In this document: positions 54,330 through 64,000 of the stretch, one piece after another
How the letters are laid out: each line of letters opens with the position of its first letter
How positions within the stretch are numbered: the first letter of the stretch is position 1
Assembly (NCBI GenBank): GCA_963719315.1
Contig: CAVRBU010000002.1
Location: forward strand, 896,001 to 960,000
Source: an uncultured Planctomycetota bacterium
GTDB lineage: Bacteria; Planctomycetota; Planctomycetia; Pirellulales; Lacipirellulaceae
Direction of reading: 5' to 3'
Length of the DNA: 64,000 nt
Position numbers and translations under genes: made by a program
Notes under the pieces: model-generated
What the model was told of the DNA's origin: nothing
Seen by the model: only the letters and a program-made list of their open reading frames with translations
Databases searched by the model: none

Positions 54330-55970
54330 ATGTCTACAGTCCTGCACCGTGAACCTCAGCCCAAAGTAACCAAGCCGCCGGCGAGCGATGTGCCGCCCGC
54401 CGAACGGGGCGGGTTTTGGCCATGGCTGCGCCGCACGACTCCCACGGCGGCCGTGGTGGCCGTACTCGTGGGGTTGGCCGTGTGGGGCTACCGGACCGAC
54501 TGGGCGCTGCCGAAATTTTCGACGCTGATCGGCGCGGAGCACACGGAGGTTGTCGATTGGTGCGAAGAGCACAACGTGCCGGAGTCGATTTGCGTCGAGT
54601 GCAACAAATCGCTCCTGCCGCCGCAAAAGAATTACGGCTGGTGCGCAGCACACGGCGTGATGCAATGCCCGCTGGAACATCCGGACGTTGCGCAGACCAA
54701 GTCGCCCGTGACCGTTACACCGGCCATGTTGGAACGAGCCCAGCGGGCGCTCGCACTGCGGCCCCGGGCTGAGAACAACAGCCGTTGCAATTTGCACCTC
54801 AAACGGATTCAGTTCGCGTCGAACGAAGCCGTTGAAAAGATTGGAGTCGATATCGCCATTGTGGGTGAGAAGCCGGTCATCGAGGCGGTCGTGGCCAATG
54901 GCGAAATCGTGTACGACGAAACGCGGATGGCCCACCTTTCGAGCCGAGTAGCGGGCACGGTTTGGCGCGTGCAGAAGCAGGTGGGCGATCGCGTGAGAAA
55001 GGACGAAGTGCTGGCCCTCGTCGATGCGGCCGACGTTGGTCACGCGAAGAGTGAGTTTCTGCAAGCTATTTCACAGTTGCGGCTAAAGGAAGCGAACGCC
55101 GAACGGCTGCGGCCGCTGGCGGGCAACGTGATTCCCGGCAAGCTGTTGATCGAAGCGCAAACGGCCGCAGAAGAAGCCCGCATTCAGTTGCATCGCGCAC
55201 AGCAGGCGCTGGCGAACCTCGGTCTGAGAGCCGAGCCCGATGAATATGCGGATTTGAACACCGAAGAAATCGCCAAACGGATCCAGACACTGGGTTTGCC
55301 GACGGATCTGATTTCGGGAAGCGGGGCGACGACGAGCACGTCGAACTTGCTGCCGCTGCGGTCGCCGCTCGATGGCGTGATCGTCAACCGCACCGCCGTC
55401 GAAGGCGAAGTCGTGGCGACCAATACGCCGCTGTTCGACGTGGCCGACACGTCGCGGCTGTGGCTGAATCTCAACGTGCGGCAGGAAGATGCGAAGTACA
55501 TATCGCACGGACAAAGTGTCCTGTTCAGCGAGAGCGAAAACGCGAACGAGCCGAATGACGTGGGTACCGTGAGCTGGATCAGCACTGGCGCCGACGAGGT
55601 TACGCGGACGGTCAAAGTTCGCGTCGATTTGCCGAACGCCGATGGGCGACTGCGAGCCAACATATTCGGCACGGGCCGCATCGTGCTCCGCGACGAGCCG
55701 ACGGCAATCGTCGTGCCCAGCGAGGCCGTTCATTGGGACGGTACGTGCAGCGTGGTATTCGTGCGGGACAAAAACTACTTCCAGCCGGACGCACCGAAAA
55801 TCTTTTACGTTCGCAGCGTGCGAACCGGCGTGAAGGACGGCCCGACGACCGAAATCATCGCCGGGCTGCTGCCCGGAGAAGTGATTGCCAGCAAGAACAG
55901 CGTGATCCTGGAAGCGCAGCTTCTGAAGAGCAATCTGGGTGTAGGTTGCGGATGTTGCGAAGGGAAGTAG
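54330..55970 (+). CDS. CzcB-like RND membrane fusion protein with N-terminal Cys/His domain
   Basis: WCEEHNVPESICVEC, WCAAHGVMQCPLEHP; VGDRV, LRSPLDG, TRTVKVR; tail GCGCCEGK. Confidence 0.9.
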   Translation: MSTVLHREPQPKVTKPPASDVPPAERGGFWPWLRRTTPTAAVVAVLVGLAVWGYRTDWALPKFSTLIGAEHTEVVDWCEEHNVPESICVECNKSLLPPQKNYGWCAAHGVMQCPLEHPDVAQTKSPVTVTPAMLERAQRALALRPRAENNSRCNLHLKRIQFASNEAVEKIGVDIAIVGEKPVIEAVVANGEIVYDETRMAHLSSRVAGTVWRVQKQVGDRVRKDEVLALVDAADVGHAKSEFLQAISQLRLKEANAERLRPLAGNVIPGKLLIEAQTAAEEARIQLHRAQQALANLGLRAEPDEYADLNTEEIAKRIQTLGLPTDLISGSGATTSTSNLLPLRSPLDGVIVNRTAVEGEVVATNTPLFDVADTSRLWLNLNVRQEDAKYISHGQSVLFSESENANEPNDVGTVSWISTGADEVTRTVKVRVDLPNADGRLRANIFGTGRIVLRDEPTAIVVPSEAVHWDGTCSVVFVRDKNYFQPDAPKIFYVRSVRTGVKDGPTTEIIAGLLPGEVIASKNSVILEAQLLKSNLGVGCGCCEGK

Positions 55971-56062
55971 GTCTTGCTTGCCGAGCGGGACCTCATAGTC
56001 ATTCCATCGACGGACTCGATACCAACGTCCCTTCCGGCAGAAGGGACCTACAGGAACGCGGC

Positions 56063-59000
56063 ATGTTGAACTCGATCATCGACTTTTCACTGCGACACCG
56101 ATTTCTTGTCATCTTGGTCGTCGCCGCTTTGGCGGCGGTAGGTGGAATGTCGCTTCGATACCTCGATATCGATGCTTTTCCCGACACTACGCCCGTGCAA
56201 GTGCAGGTCAATACGGTGGCGCCGTCGCTTGGCCCCGAGGAGGTGGAACAACGGATCACTTTCCCCATTGAACAGGCGATCGGAGGTCTGCCTGGCCTGG
56301 ACAGCATGCGGAGTGTGTCGAAGTTCGGATTTTCCCAAGTCGTCGTCACCTTCGTGGATGGCACTGATATCTACTTCGCACGTCAACTCGTCAACGAACG
56401 TTTGGCTTCCGTCGAACTGGCCGGAGGCATCGAACGACCTAAGCTGGGACCGGTGGCCACAGGCTTGGGCGAAGTGTTTCACTATGTCGTAAGGACCGCG
56501 GGCAACGACGTCACCGAATCGCGCACGATCCACGATTGGGTCATAAAACCAAAAATGCGCACGGTGAAAGGGGCCGCCGAAATCAACAGTTGGGGTGGAT
56601 ATGAAAAACAATACCAAGTGCGAATCGATCCAAACCTATTGATCAAGTTTGGATTGACGTTCGACGAGGTCATCGAGGCCGTGGAGGTGAATAACCGCAA
56701 CGTCGGCGGCGGCAACGTTCGCGAAGGATCACAATCGGTCCTTGTGCAGGGTGTCGGTGCGCACGGTCAAAGCCGATGAGATCAAAGGCATCGTCATTAA
56801 ATCCAAAGATGGCGTGCCCGTTCGCGTTGGCGACGTAGCGGAGGTCACGATCGGTTCTGAAATTCGCCGCGGCGCGGTGACGGCCGACGGTAAGGGTGAA
56901 GTCGTTATGGGCCTGGGCTTCATGCTGATGGGCGAAAACACGCATCAGGTGACCACAGCCATGAAGGAGCGCCTCAACGAGATCAAAGCCACACTGCCGG
57001 CGAACGTCGAGGTTGTTTCCGTCTACGATCGCACGGAGTTGGTCGATCGGGTCATCGACACCGTGAAAAAGAATTTGCTGGAGGGCGGGCTATTCGTGAT
57101 CGCGGTGCTGTTCGCGTTCCTCGGAAACTTGCGGGCGGCCATGATCGTCGCCCTGGCGATCCCGCTTTCAATGCTGTTTGCATTCTCTGGCATGTTTCGA
57201 TTCGGGATCGCTGCCAGCCTGTTGAGCCTGGGGGCGATCGACTTCGGCATGATCGTCGATAGCTCGGTGGTGATGATCGAAAACTGCGTGAGGCACATCG
57301 CGCACGGCGACAATGGGGGGCGCAGCAAGATCGACATCGTCCGCGAGGCGGCCGTTGAAGTTCGAAAGCCGACGATGTTCGGTGAGCTGATCATCATGAT
57401 TGTCTATTTGCCAATCCTGACCCTTGAGGGAACAGAGGGCAAGTTGTTTCGGCCGATGGCCCTGACGGTCATTTTTGCGCTGATCGGTTCGATGTTCCTA
57501 TCCCTGACACTGATGCCCGTGTTGGCCAGCTTCGTCCTGCCCAAACGCATTGAGGAACGCGAACCGGTCCTGATGCGAATCATCAAATTTCTCTATGTAC
57601 CCGCACTGCAGGTCGCGATGCGGCACAAAAACGTGGTCATCGGTTTCGCCGCAGCGCTGATGTTCGTGGCGTTCGCGATCATCGCCCCCAATCTCGGCAC
57701 CGAGTTCGTGCCGCGGTTGTCCGAGGGCGCGATCGCCATTAGCGTCGTCCGGCTTACCGGGACCGATTTGGAGAACTCGATCAAATACAACACGCTCATG
57801 GAAAAAGCGATCATCGCCGAATTCCCGGATGAAGTGCAGCACGTTTGGAGCCGCATCGGCACCGCGGAAATCTCCACTGATCCGATGGGGATTGAACTGA
57901 CCGACATGTTCATTACGCTCAAGCCGCGTGAACAATGGAAGCATGCACACACGCAAGCAGACCTAACGGAGTTGATCGAAAAGCATCTTCGCGACATGCC
58001 TGGCCAAAGGCTGGAATTCTTGCAGCCGATAGAGATGCGGATGAATGAAATGGTAACGGGTAGCCGCGGTGATCTTGCCGTGAAGTTGTACGGCGATGAC
58101 CTGGACCAACTTGTAGCGAAGGGGAAAGAAATCGAAGCGATCCTCAGTCAAATTCCCGGTAGCGCGGACGTACGCAGTGAGCAACTCACTGGCCAACCCG
58201 TGCTGCAGATCAAGCTCAACCAGGAGCAGTTAGCTCGCCACGGAGTGTCGGCAAAAGTCGTCACCGACATCATCGAGTCGATTGGCAGTAAGCCGTTGGG
58301 CGAGGTGTTCGAGGGTCAGTTGCGATTTCCACTTGTGGCGCGGTTGCCGGAATCGATGCGCGAAGGGACGACCGGAATCGGTTCGATTCTGATTTCCACC
58401 GCTTCGGGCGAGCGGCTGCCCCTTTCGCATTTGGCGGATATTCGCATCGTCGAGGGGCCGTCGACGATTACTCGCGATTGGGGCCAACGGCGGATCACGG
58501 TCTCCGCCAACGTCCGCGGGCGCGACATCGGCAGCTTCGTGGCAGAGGCCCAAAAGCGAATTCGGGAACAACTCCAACTGCCTCCTGGTAGATACTTTGT
58601 GGAGTTTGGCGGGCAATATGAGCATCTCCAACGGGCGAAAACGCGGCTGTTGATCGTCGTTCCACTCGCGTTGGTTCTGATTATCGGGCTGCTTTACATG
58701 ACGTATCAAAACTGGGTCGATGTGATCCGCGTTTTTAGCGGCGTGCCGTTCGGCTGGGTGGGCGGCATCTTCGCGCTCTGGCTGCGCGGCATGCCGTTCT
58801 CGATCTCGGCGGCGATCGGCTTTATCGCGCTTTCCGGCGTGGCCGTCCTCGATGCGATGATCCTGGTGAGCTACATCCGGCAATTGCGCCAACAGGGTTA
58901 CGTCTTGGAACGCGCCGTCCGAGATGCGGCCGTCACGCGACTTCGTCCCGTGTTGATGACGACGCTTGTGGCGAGCCTCGGCTTCCTGCCGATGGCGTTT

Positions 59001-59192
59001 AGCACTGGCATGGGCGCCGAAGTTCAACGGCCGTTAGCGACGGTCGTAATCGGCGGCGTCATTAGTTCGATGATCATGTCGTTGCTCGTGCTGCGCGTGT
59101 TGTACCTATTATTCGATTCGCCAGTGAAACTTCAGTTGGCGAATGTTGAGTTCGAGGAACCGCAGCAGTTGGTTGAAGTGGGTGCTTTTTAG
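56063..59192 (+). CDS. czcA: CzcA-type heavy-metal RND efflux permease; frameshift near 56760
   Basis: IDAFPDTTPVQVQVNT, DIYFARQLV, GPVATGLGE, SLGAIDFG, GKLFRPMA, DPMG, GAEVQRPLATVVIGG. Confidence 0.9.
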
Positions 59193-59195
59193 GTC

Positions 59196-59277
59196 TTGAC
59201 CGCCAATTACCGCTAACCATCGCTAATGAAACTCAATTTCGAATAATTGGCGATCATTAGCGGCAACTAGCGGTTCA
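59196..59277. repeat. 3+3 inverted array with 10 bp period, same family as 54239-54304
   Basis: CGCCAAT, CGCTAAC, CGCTAAT at 59201, 59211, 59221; ATTGGCG, ATTAGCG, ACTAGCG at 59246, 59256, 59266. Confidence 0.75.
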
Positions 59278-59300
59278 AAAAGTTTGAAAGGAGAAGAGAA

Positions 59301-59690
59301 ATGTCGTTACGCAATTTGTTCGTGGTTGCGGCGTTCGCCATAGTTGGCCTATCGATGACTGCTTGCAGCAAGTCCACCGGCAAGGCCTCCACCGCCTCTG
59401 ACGCGCAGGTCGCGGATGCAGGGCACAGCCACGAAGGCTGGTGGTGCAACGAGCATGGCGTGCCGGAAGAAGTGTGCGCCCAGTGCGATGCGAAGCTAGT
59501 GGCCGATTTCAAGGCCAAGGGCGATTGGTGCGAAAAGCACAATCGGCCCGACTCCCAATGCTTTATCTGCCATCCGGAGAAGGAAGCCGAATTCGCCGCC
59601 CAGTACGAAGCCAAGTACGGCAAACAGCCGCCGAAGCCAACTGCCGACGGCGACGAGGATGAGCACGCCGACGAAGGCAAGTCGTCTTAA
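59301..59690 (+). CDS. Lipoprotein with two WCxxH...CxxC metal-binding motifs
   Basis: MTAC lipobox; HSH; WCNEHGVPEEVCAQC; WCEKHNRPDSQCFICHP; AGGAG RBS. Confidence 0.85.
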   Translation: MSLRNLFVVAAFAIVGLSMTACSKSTGKASTASDAQVADAGHSHEGWWCNEHGVPEEVCAQCDAKLVADFKAKGDWCEKHNRPDSQCFICHPEKEAEFAAQYEAKYGKQPPKPTADGDEDEHADEGKSS

Positions 59691-59742
59691 CGCGAACGTG
59701 CGTTGATCCAATTCGTTGTTCTCTCAGAACAAGGAGGTTCCC

Positions 59743-60511
59743 ATGAGAGTTTCAATTGTTACGGCGATTATCGTCGCCTCGTTCAGCATGGGCAGCGCGG
59801 CACTTCGAGTCGCCGCGCAAAGCCCGGAAGGCGTTCGCATTGCAACCGCGAACCCTGCCATCGACAAAGCGCCCAAGTTCAAGTTCATCCTGTTTTGGAA
59901 AGAGGATAATGCCGCCACGCGAGGGATGGCCTCGGTTCTTGAGAACGTCCGTGACCAAGCGGTCGCAGCGGGCCGAGTGGACATCGGTAAACATCAACGA
60001 CAACGCCAATCGCGCGGTGGTCGAGCAATATCACGTGGAACGCGGGCCGATGCCGATGGTGTTGTGCGTGGCCCCCAATGGTGCAGTTACGGGAGGAATG
60101 GCCCGGCAGATCACCGATGAAGCCATCGAACATCTCTTGGTGACCCCGGCGATGGCCGAAGTAACGAAGGCGCTGCAGGATAAGAAGATTGTTGTAATTC
60201 ATGTCCAACAGAACGCGCGGCAGCCCTTGCCGGCCGGTGCGGCCGAATTCCTGGCCGATCCAGCGTTTAACGCGCGATCGAACACGGTAATCTTGCTGCT
60301 TGGCGATAAAGCCGAAAGCCGCTTCATCTCCGAAATGGAAATCAAGGCGGGCGACGTCCCCGATTCAATGGTCGTCGTATTGGCGCCACCTGGCGTGCTC
60401 GTGGGCAAGTTCCCGGCCAAAGCGACGGGAGCCCAGATTGCCGCGGCCCTGCATGCCGCCGGTAAATGCTGCGATGACCCGAATTGCAAACACAATCAGA
60501 AGAGGCAATAA
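59743..60511 (+). CDS. Secreted hypothetical protein (possibly thioredoxin-like fold) with CCDDPNC tail; frameshift near 59945
   Basis: AAGGAGG RBS, signal peptide; PMPMVLCVAPNGAVTGG; VLAPPG; GKCCDDPNC. Confidence 0.7.
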
Positions 60512-60514
60512 GAC

Positions 60515-61741
60515 ATGACGCCAAATAAACTCATTTGGAAGGAGCTGTGGCAGCGACCGACCGCGATGGCCACGTGCCTGCTGGCGATCGTGCTGGGCGT
60601 TACCGCGCTGGTGGCAATTCGCAGCGTCACGGTCTTTTCCGATCGGGCGATCGCCAAACAGATGTCGGAGCTGGGCGCCAATGTGCTGCTGTTGCCCAAG
60701 AATGCCAGTTTGCAGGACTATTACGCCGCCGACACTAACGGCAACACGTTGCCAGAAGAGTACGGCACGCTCCTGTTGCTCGCTGATCTGCCCGGCATTG
60801 AACACATTGCGCCCAAGCTCAGTGTGAAAGCCGAACTCGACGGCAAAAACATCACTTTGACCGGAATCCTGCCGCAGAGCGAGTTTGACGCCCAGGCCAC
60901 GTGGAATGGCGTGCAGGCATTCAAGAAATCGTGCGGCAGCAGCGCGTGCAAGAAACGCGCCGTCGTCGATGCGGCCAATCGATCCGCGCCAGAGAGCCTG
61001 GCGAAGGGGCGGTTTGTCGGCGACATTGCCAAAGACGAAGTGATTGTCGGCGCCGAAGCTGCTCACACGCTTGGCATTACACCCGGCAAACGCATTGATT
61101 TGCTTGGGAAGTCATTCCAAGTCGCAGGTGTGATGCCTGCGACCGGCACGGTGGACGACAGCCGCGTTTTTGCTCATCTGCATACGGTCCAACGGCTCGC
61201 TAAAGCGGGCGAAACCGTAAACGTCATCGAGATCATGGCGTGCTGCGAAGACGCCGCGGGCGGGCTCGTCGGGCAGCTACGTGAGTTGTTTCCCGAAGCC
61301 AAGGTCTTGACGATTACCCAAGTCGTTGACACGCAAGTCGCCGTTAACGGGTTGATGACTCGACTCTCGTATTTATTCTTCGCGATTTTGCTAGTTGTCG
61401 GTGTGGCAAGCATTGCTGGCACGATGTTCGCGAACGTTGCCGAGCGACGACGAGAAATTGGTACGTTGATGGCGCTCGGTGCGACACCCTCGCTGATTGC
61501 GCGGTTGTTTCTCGGTAAAGCGCTGCTGATCGGTTTAGCGGGCGGGGCGATCGGCTACGTGTGCGGCACGGGGCTCGCGGTTGGCCTAGGTCCGAATTGG
61601 GCCGGTGTCGCAGTGCAGCCCGTGCCGTCGCTGGCGGCCATCGCCGTGCTGCTTGCCGCCACAGTCGCGCTCGTTTCCAGCTACTTGCCGGCCCGGCGAG
61701 CGGCGCTGATCGATCCCTGTCTTTGTTTCCGAGAGGTATGA
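60515..61741 (+). CDS. MacB/FtsX-family ABC permease with Cys motifs
   Basis: LGANVLLLP, NVAERRREIGTLMALGAT, PARRAALIDP; CGSSAC, ACCE, PCLC. Confidence 0.9.
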   Translation: MTPNKLIWKELWQRPTAMATCLLAIVLGVTALVAIRSVTVFSDRAIAKQMSELGANVLLLPKNASLQDYYAADTNGNTLPEEYGTLLLLADLPGIEHIAPKLSVKAELDGKNITLTGILPQSEFDAQATWNGVQAFKKSCGSSACKKRAVVDAANRSAPESLAKGRFVGDIAKDEVIVGAEAAHTLGITPGKRIDLLGKSFQVAGVMPATGTVDDSRVFAHLHTVQRLAKAGETVNVIEIMACCEDAAGGLVGQLRELFPEAKVLTITQVVDTQVAVNGLMTRLSYLFFAILLVVGVASIAGTMFANVAERRREIGTLMALGATPSLIARLFLGKALLIGLAGGAIGYVCGTGLAVGLGPNWAGVAVQPVPSLAAIAVLLAATVALVSSYLPARRAALIDPCLCFREV

Positions 61742-61744
61742 TCC

Positions 61745-62436
61745 ATGATTCGATTGCAGGATGCTTCCAAACGCTATCGCCACAAGGAAGGCGAGGTCGT
61801 CGCGCTTCAGGCCACTACGCTCGAACTTCGGCCTGGCGAATTTGTGGCCGTGATTGGGCCCAGCGGCAGCGGCAAAACTACCTTGTTATCCATGCTGGGC
61901 GGAATGTTGGCCCCTTCGAACGGCAAAGTCTGGCTGAATGACCAGTCGCTGTACGATGCCACCGTCTCGCAACGTGGCGCATGCGCCAACAAAAGCTTGG
62001 TTTCGTGTTTCAGACCTTCAATCTGATTCCATACCTTTCGGCCCTCGAAAACGTTCAAGTGCCGCTGATGCTCGATGGAAGTTGCTCCGCCGAGCAACAA
62101 AAGAGGCTCATGGACTTGCTAACGAGAGTCGGCCTGGAGTTTCGGGTTCATCACAAGCCGAGTGAGTTGAGCATCGGACAGCAACAGCGAGTGGCCCTGG
62201 CGCGCACGTTGGCCAACGATCCGGCCGTGATCCTTGCCGATGAGCCAACGGGCAATCTTGACCCTGAAACTCGGGAGCAAGTTTTGCAATTCCTGGAAGA
62301 GCTTCGCCACGAAGGGCGTACCGTCGTCGTCGTGACGCACGACCCCGCAGCGGCATCACGCGCCACACGGGTTATCAAGCTGCGCGACGGCGCGGTTGTG
62401 TCTGATTCGGCACCGCGATTATCACAAGTTGCATAG
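61745..62436 (+). CDS. LolD/MacB-type ABC ATPase; frameshift near 61980
   Basis: [46 protein letters not shown]. Confidence 0.92.
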
Positions 62437-62443
62437 TAGTTTT

Positions 62444-62516
62444 GTTGGGTGTGTCGATTCTTCGAGACACACCATCTGCCGTCTGCGGTATGTCTCGCGG
62501 ATTCGACACACCCTAC
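62444..62516. repeat. GTAG-type REP doublet (REPIN-like)
   Basis: GTTGGGTGTGTCGA...TCGACACACCCTAC inverted pair; same family as 15237-15307. Confidence 0.65.
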
Positions 62517-62615
62517 GGCTACGGCATCGGGCCTTGTGGACAACGCGGCGGTCGGAGCGCACAATTCAATTGTCGCTTCGATCTGACCGCGTTTTCTTTT
62601 GCCGCCGATTGATTC

Positions 62616-64000
62616 ATGCGTCGTTTGGCCTCCCGCTTGACTTTCTCCTGGATTGTGGCCATCGGCGCGCTCTGTGCGACCGCGGTGTTGGCCTGGGGCT
62701 GGATTGACGCATTGCCGGCCGACGTTGCGGCGAATCCCACCTATGTGGGCCGCGAGAAGTGCGCCAAATGTCACGAGGCCCAATACCACTCGTGGCTTGG
62801 CTCCGACCACGATCGGGCGATGGACTTGGCAACCGACAAAACCGTGCTGGCCGACTTCAACGATACGAAATTCGAGTACCAGGGCGTGACGACGCGGTTC
62901 TTCCGCGACGGTCAAAAATTTATGGTGAACACCGAGGGGCCCGACGGTAAACATCACGATTACGAAGTGAAATACACGTTCGGCGTCCGGCCGTTGCAGC
63001 AGTATATGATCGAGTTCCCGGACGGCCGCGTGCAGGTGCTCCGCGAATCGTGGGACGTGAAGAACAAGAAGTGGTTCTTCCTCACACCGCCGGATGTGCT
63101 GAACGAGCGGATCCTGCCGGGCGACCCGCTGCATTGGACGGGCATCGCCCAAAATTGGAATACGACGTGCGCCGACTGCCATTCGACGAACATTTACAAA
63201 AACTACGATCCCCAGAAAAACACGTATCACACCACGTGGCAGGAGATCAATGTGAGCTGCGAGGAGTGCCACGGCCCGGGGAGCGTGCATGTGGCGCTTG
63301 CGCAAAAGTGGTCGCCGTTTTGGGATCGCAACATCGGCTATGGCCTGCCGCACCTCAAGGACAAGAATCTCAACGTGCAGCTTGAAACGTGCGCGAAGTG
63401 TCACGCGCGGCGATACCAAGTGCACGAGGACTTCCGGCCCGGGCGCCCGCTCTTCGATTACTACGAGCCGGTCGTGCTCTCCCGCGATTTGTACCAACCC
63501 GACGGGCAGATTCTCGACGAGGTGTACGAGTACGATTCGTTTCTGCAGAGCAAAATGCACGCGAATCATGTGCAGTGCACGAATTGCCACGACCCCCATT
63601 CGCTGAAGCCGAAGTTCGAAGGTAACCGGCTGTGCGCACAGTGCCACGACGCGGCAAAGTTTGATACGTCCGCTCACCACCATCATGCAGAAGGTTCGAC
63701 AGGGGCGCAGTGCATCAATTGCCACATGGCGACGCGAATGTATATGGTCATCGACGAGCGGCGCGATCACAGCTTCCGCGTTCCGCGGCCAGACCTGTCG
63801 GTCGCGCTCGGCACATCAAACGCCTGCAACAATTGCCACACCAAGCCGAATGAAACGTTTCAATGGGCGGCAGACGCGATCACAAAATGGTACGGCCCGC
63901 GAAAACCGAACGAGCCGCCGCATTGGGCAGCGGCCATCAAGGCGGGTCGGGCGGCGGAACCCGAAGGTGAAAAGCTGCTGCTGGACTTGCTCGCGCACAA
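62616..64000 (+). CDS. Multiheme c-type cytochrome (8 CxxCH in view), truncated by window edge
   Basis: Not in the ORF track. MRRLASRLTFSWIV...YVGREKCAKCH; in-frame CxxCH at 62760, 63168, 63258, 63390, 63576, 63633, 63711, 63825; RRDHSFRVPRPDLS. Confidence 0.92.
   Translation, partial: MRRLASRLTFSWIVAIGALCATAVLAWGWIDALPADVAANPTYVGREKCAKCHEAQYHSWLGSDHDRAMDLATDKTVLADFNDTKFEYQGVTTRFFRDGQKFMVNTEGPDGKHHDYEVKYTFGVRPLQQYMIEFPDGRVQVLRESWDVKNKKWFFLTPPDVLNERILPGDPLHWTGIAQNWNTTCADCHSTNIYKNYDPQKNTYHTTWQEINVSCEECHGPGSVHVALAQKWSPFWDRNIGYGLPHLKDKNLNVQLETCAKCHARRYQVHEDFRPGRPLFDYYEPVVLSRDLYQPDGQILDEVYEYDSFLQSKMHANHVQCTNCHDPHSLKPKFEGNRLCAQCHDAAKFDTSAHHHHAEGSTGAQCINCHMATRMYMVIDERRDHSFRVPRPDLSVALGTSNACNNCHTKPNETFQWAADAITKWYGPRKPNEPPHWAAAIKAGRAAEPEGEKLLLDLLAH

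Noticed and set aside
59555..59575. c-type cytochrome call for the 59301 lipoprotein (CFICH)
   Set aside because: The CxxCH lies within a repeated WCxxH...CxxC motif whose other copies lack the His, so metal binding is more parsimonious.
3680..61990. About twenty 1-2 bp frameshifts in otherwise intact genes, as mass pseudogenisation or programmed recoding
   Set aside because: Those inspected are mostly lost bases in GG/CC or CG-repeat contexts, with both halves well conserved and no nonsense decay; this fits long-read consensus error. Polishing with short reads would decide.
62151..63770. 539 aa minus-strand ORF
   Set aside because: Antisense shadow of the multiheme cytochrome; no motifs of its own.

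Overview
GC-rich chromosomal segment with the gene families typical of a planctomycete, most like Pirellulales/Lacipirellulaceae (DUF1559 prepilin-like gene, PSD1/DUF1553 cytochrome, DUF1501, dockerin-like plus PEP-CTERM proteins, sulfatases). Left to right: (1) cyanophycin synthetase cphA, cut by the window edge, divergent from an ABC transporter and a DUF1854 gene; (2) a Cu/Ag-type CusCBA-like RND system with an oversized CusA, a stand-alone metal-binding lipoprotein and a Cys-rich leader ORF; (3) a ~35 kb catabolic/surface-protein region (IS3 element, GntR/LacI regulator, MFS, two Gfo/Idh/MocA, two DUF6807, sulfatases, PhoD, a three-member secreted protein family) ending in a decayed tyrosine integrase against the 3' end of tRNA-Met; (4) msrA and a long Czc-like operon (OMF, CDF-like transporter, Cys/His leader, MFP, RND, metal-binding lipoprotein, secreted Cys-tailed protein, MacB-type ABC), then an octaheme cytochrome c running off the right edge. 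Many genes carry 1-2 bp frameshifts that look like long-read sequencing errors. Best candidates for undescribed biology: the parallel 'Cys-rich PPxxL leader + private metal-binding lipoprotein' design of the two RND systems, the Cys-tailed MacB module in the Czc operon, and the cyanophycin-linked ABC/DUF1854 pair. All family assignments are from motif recognition; no searches were run.
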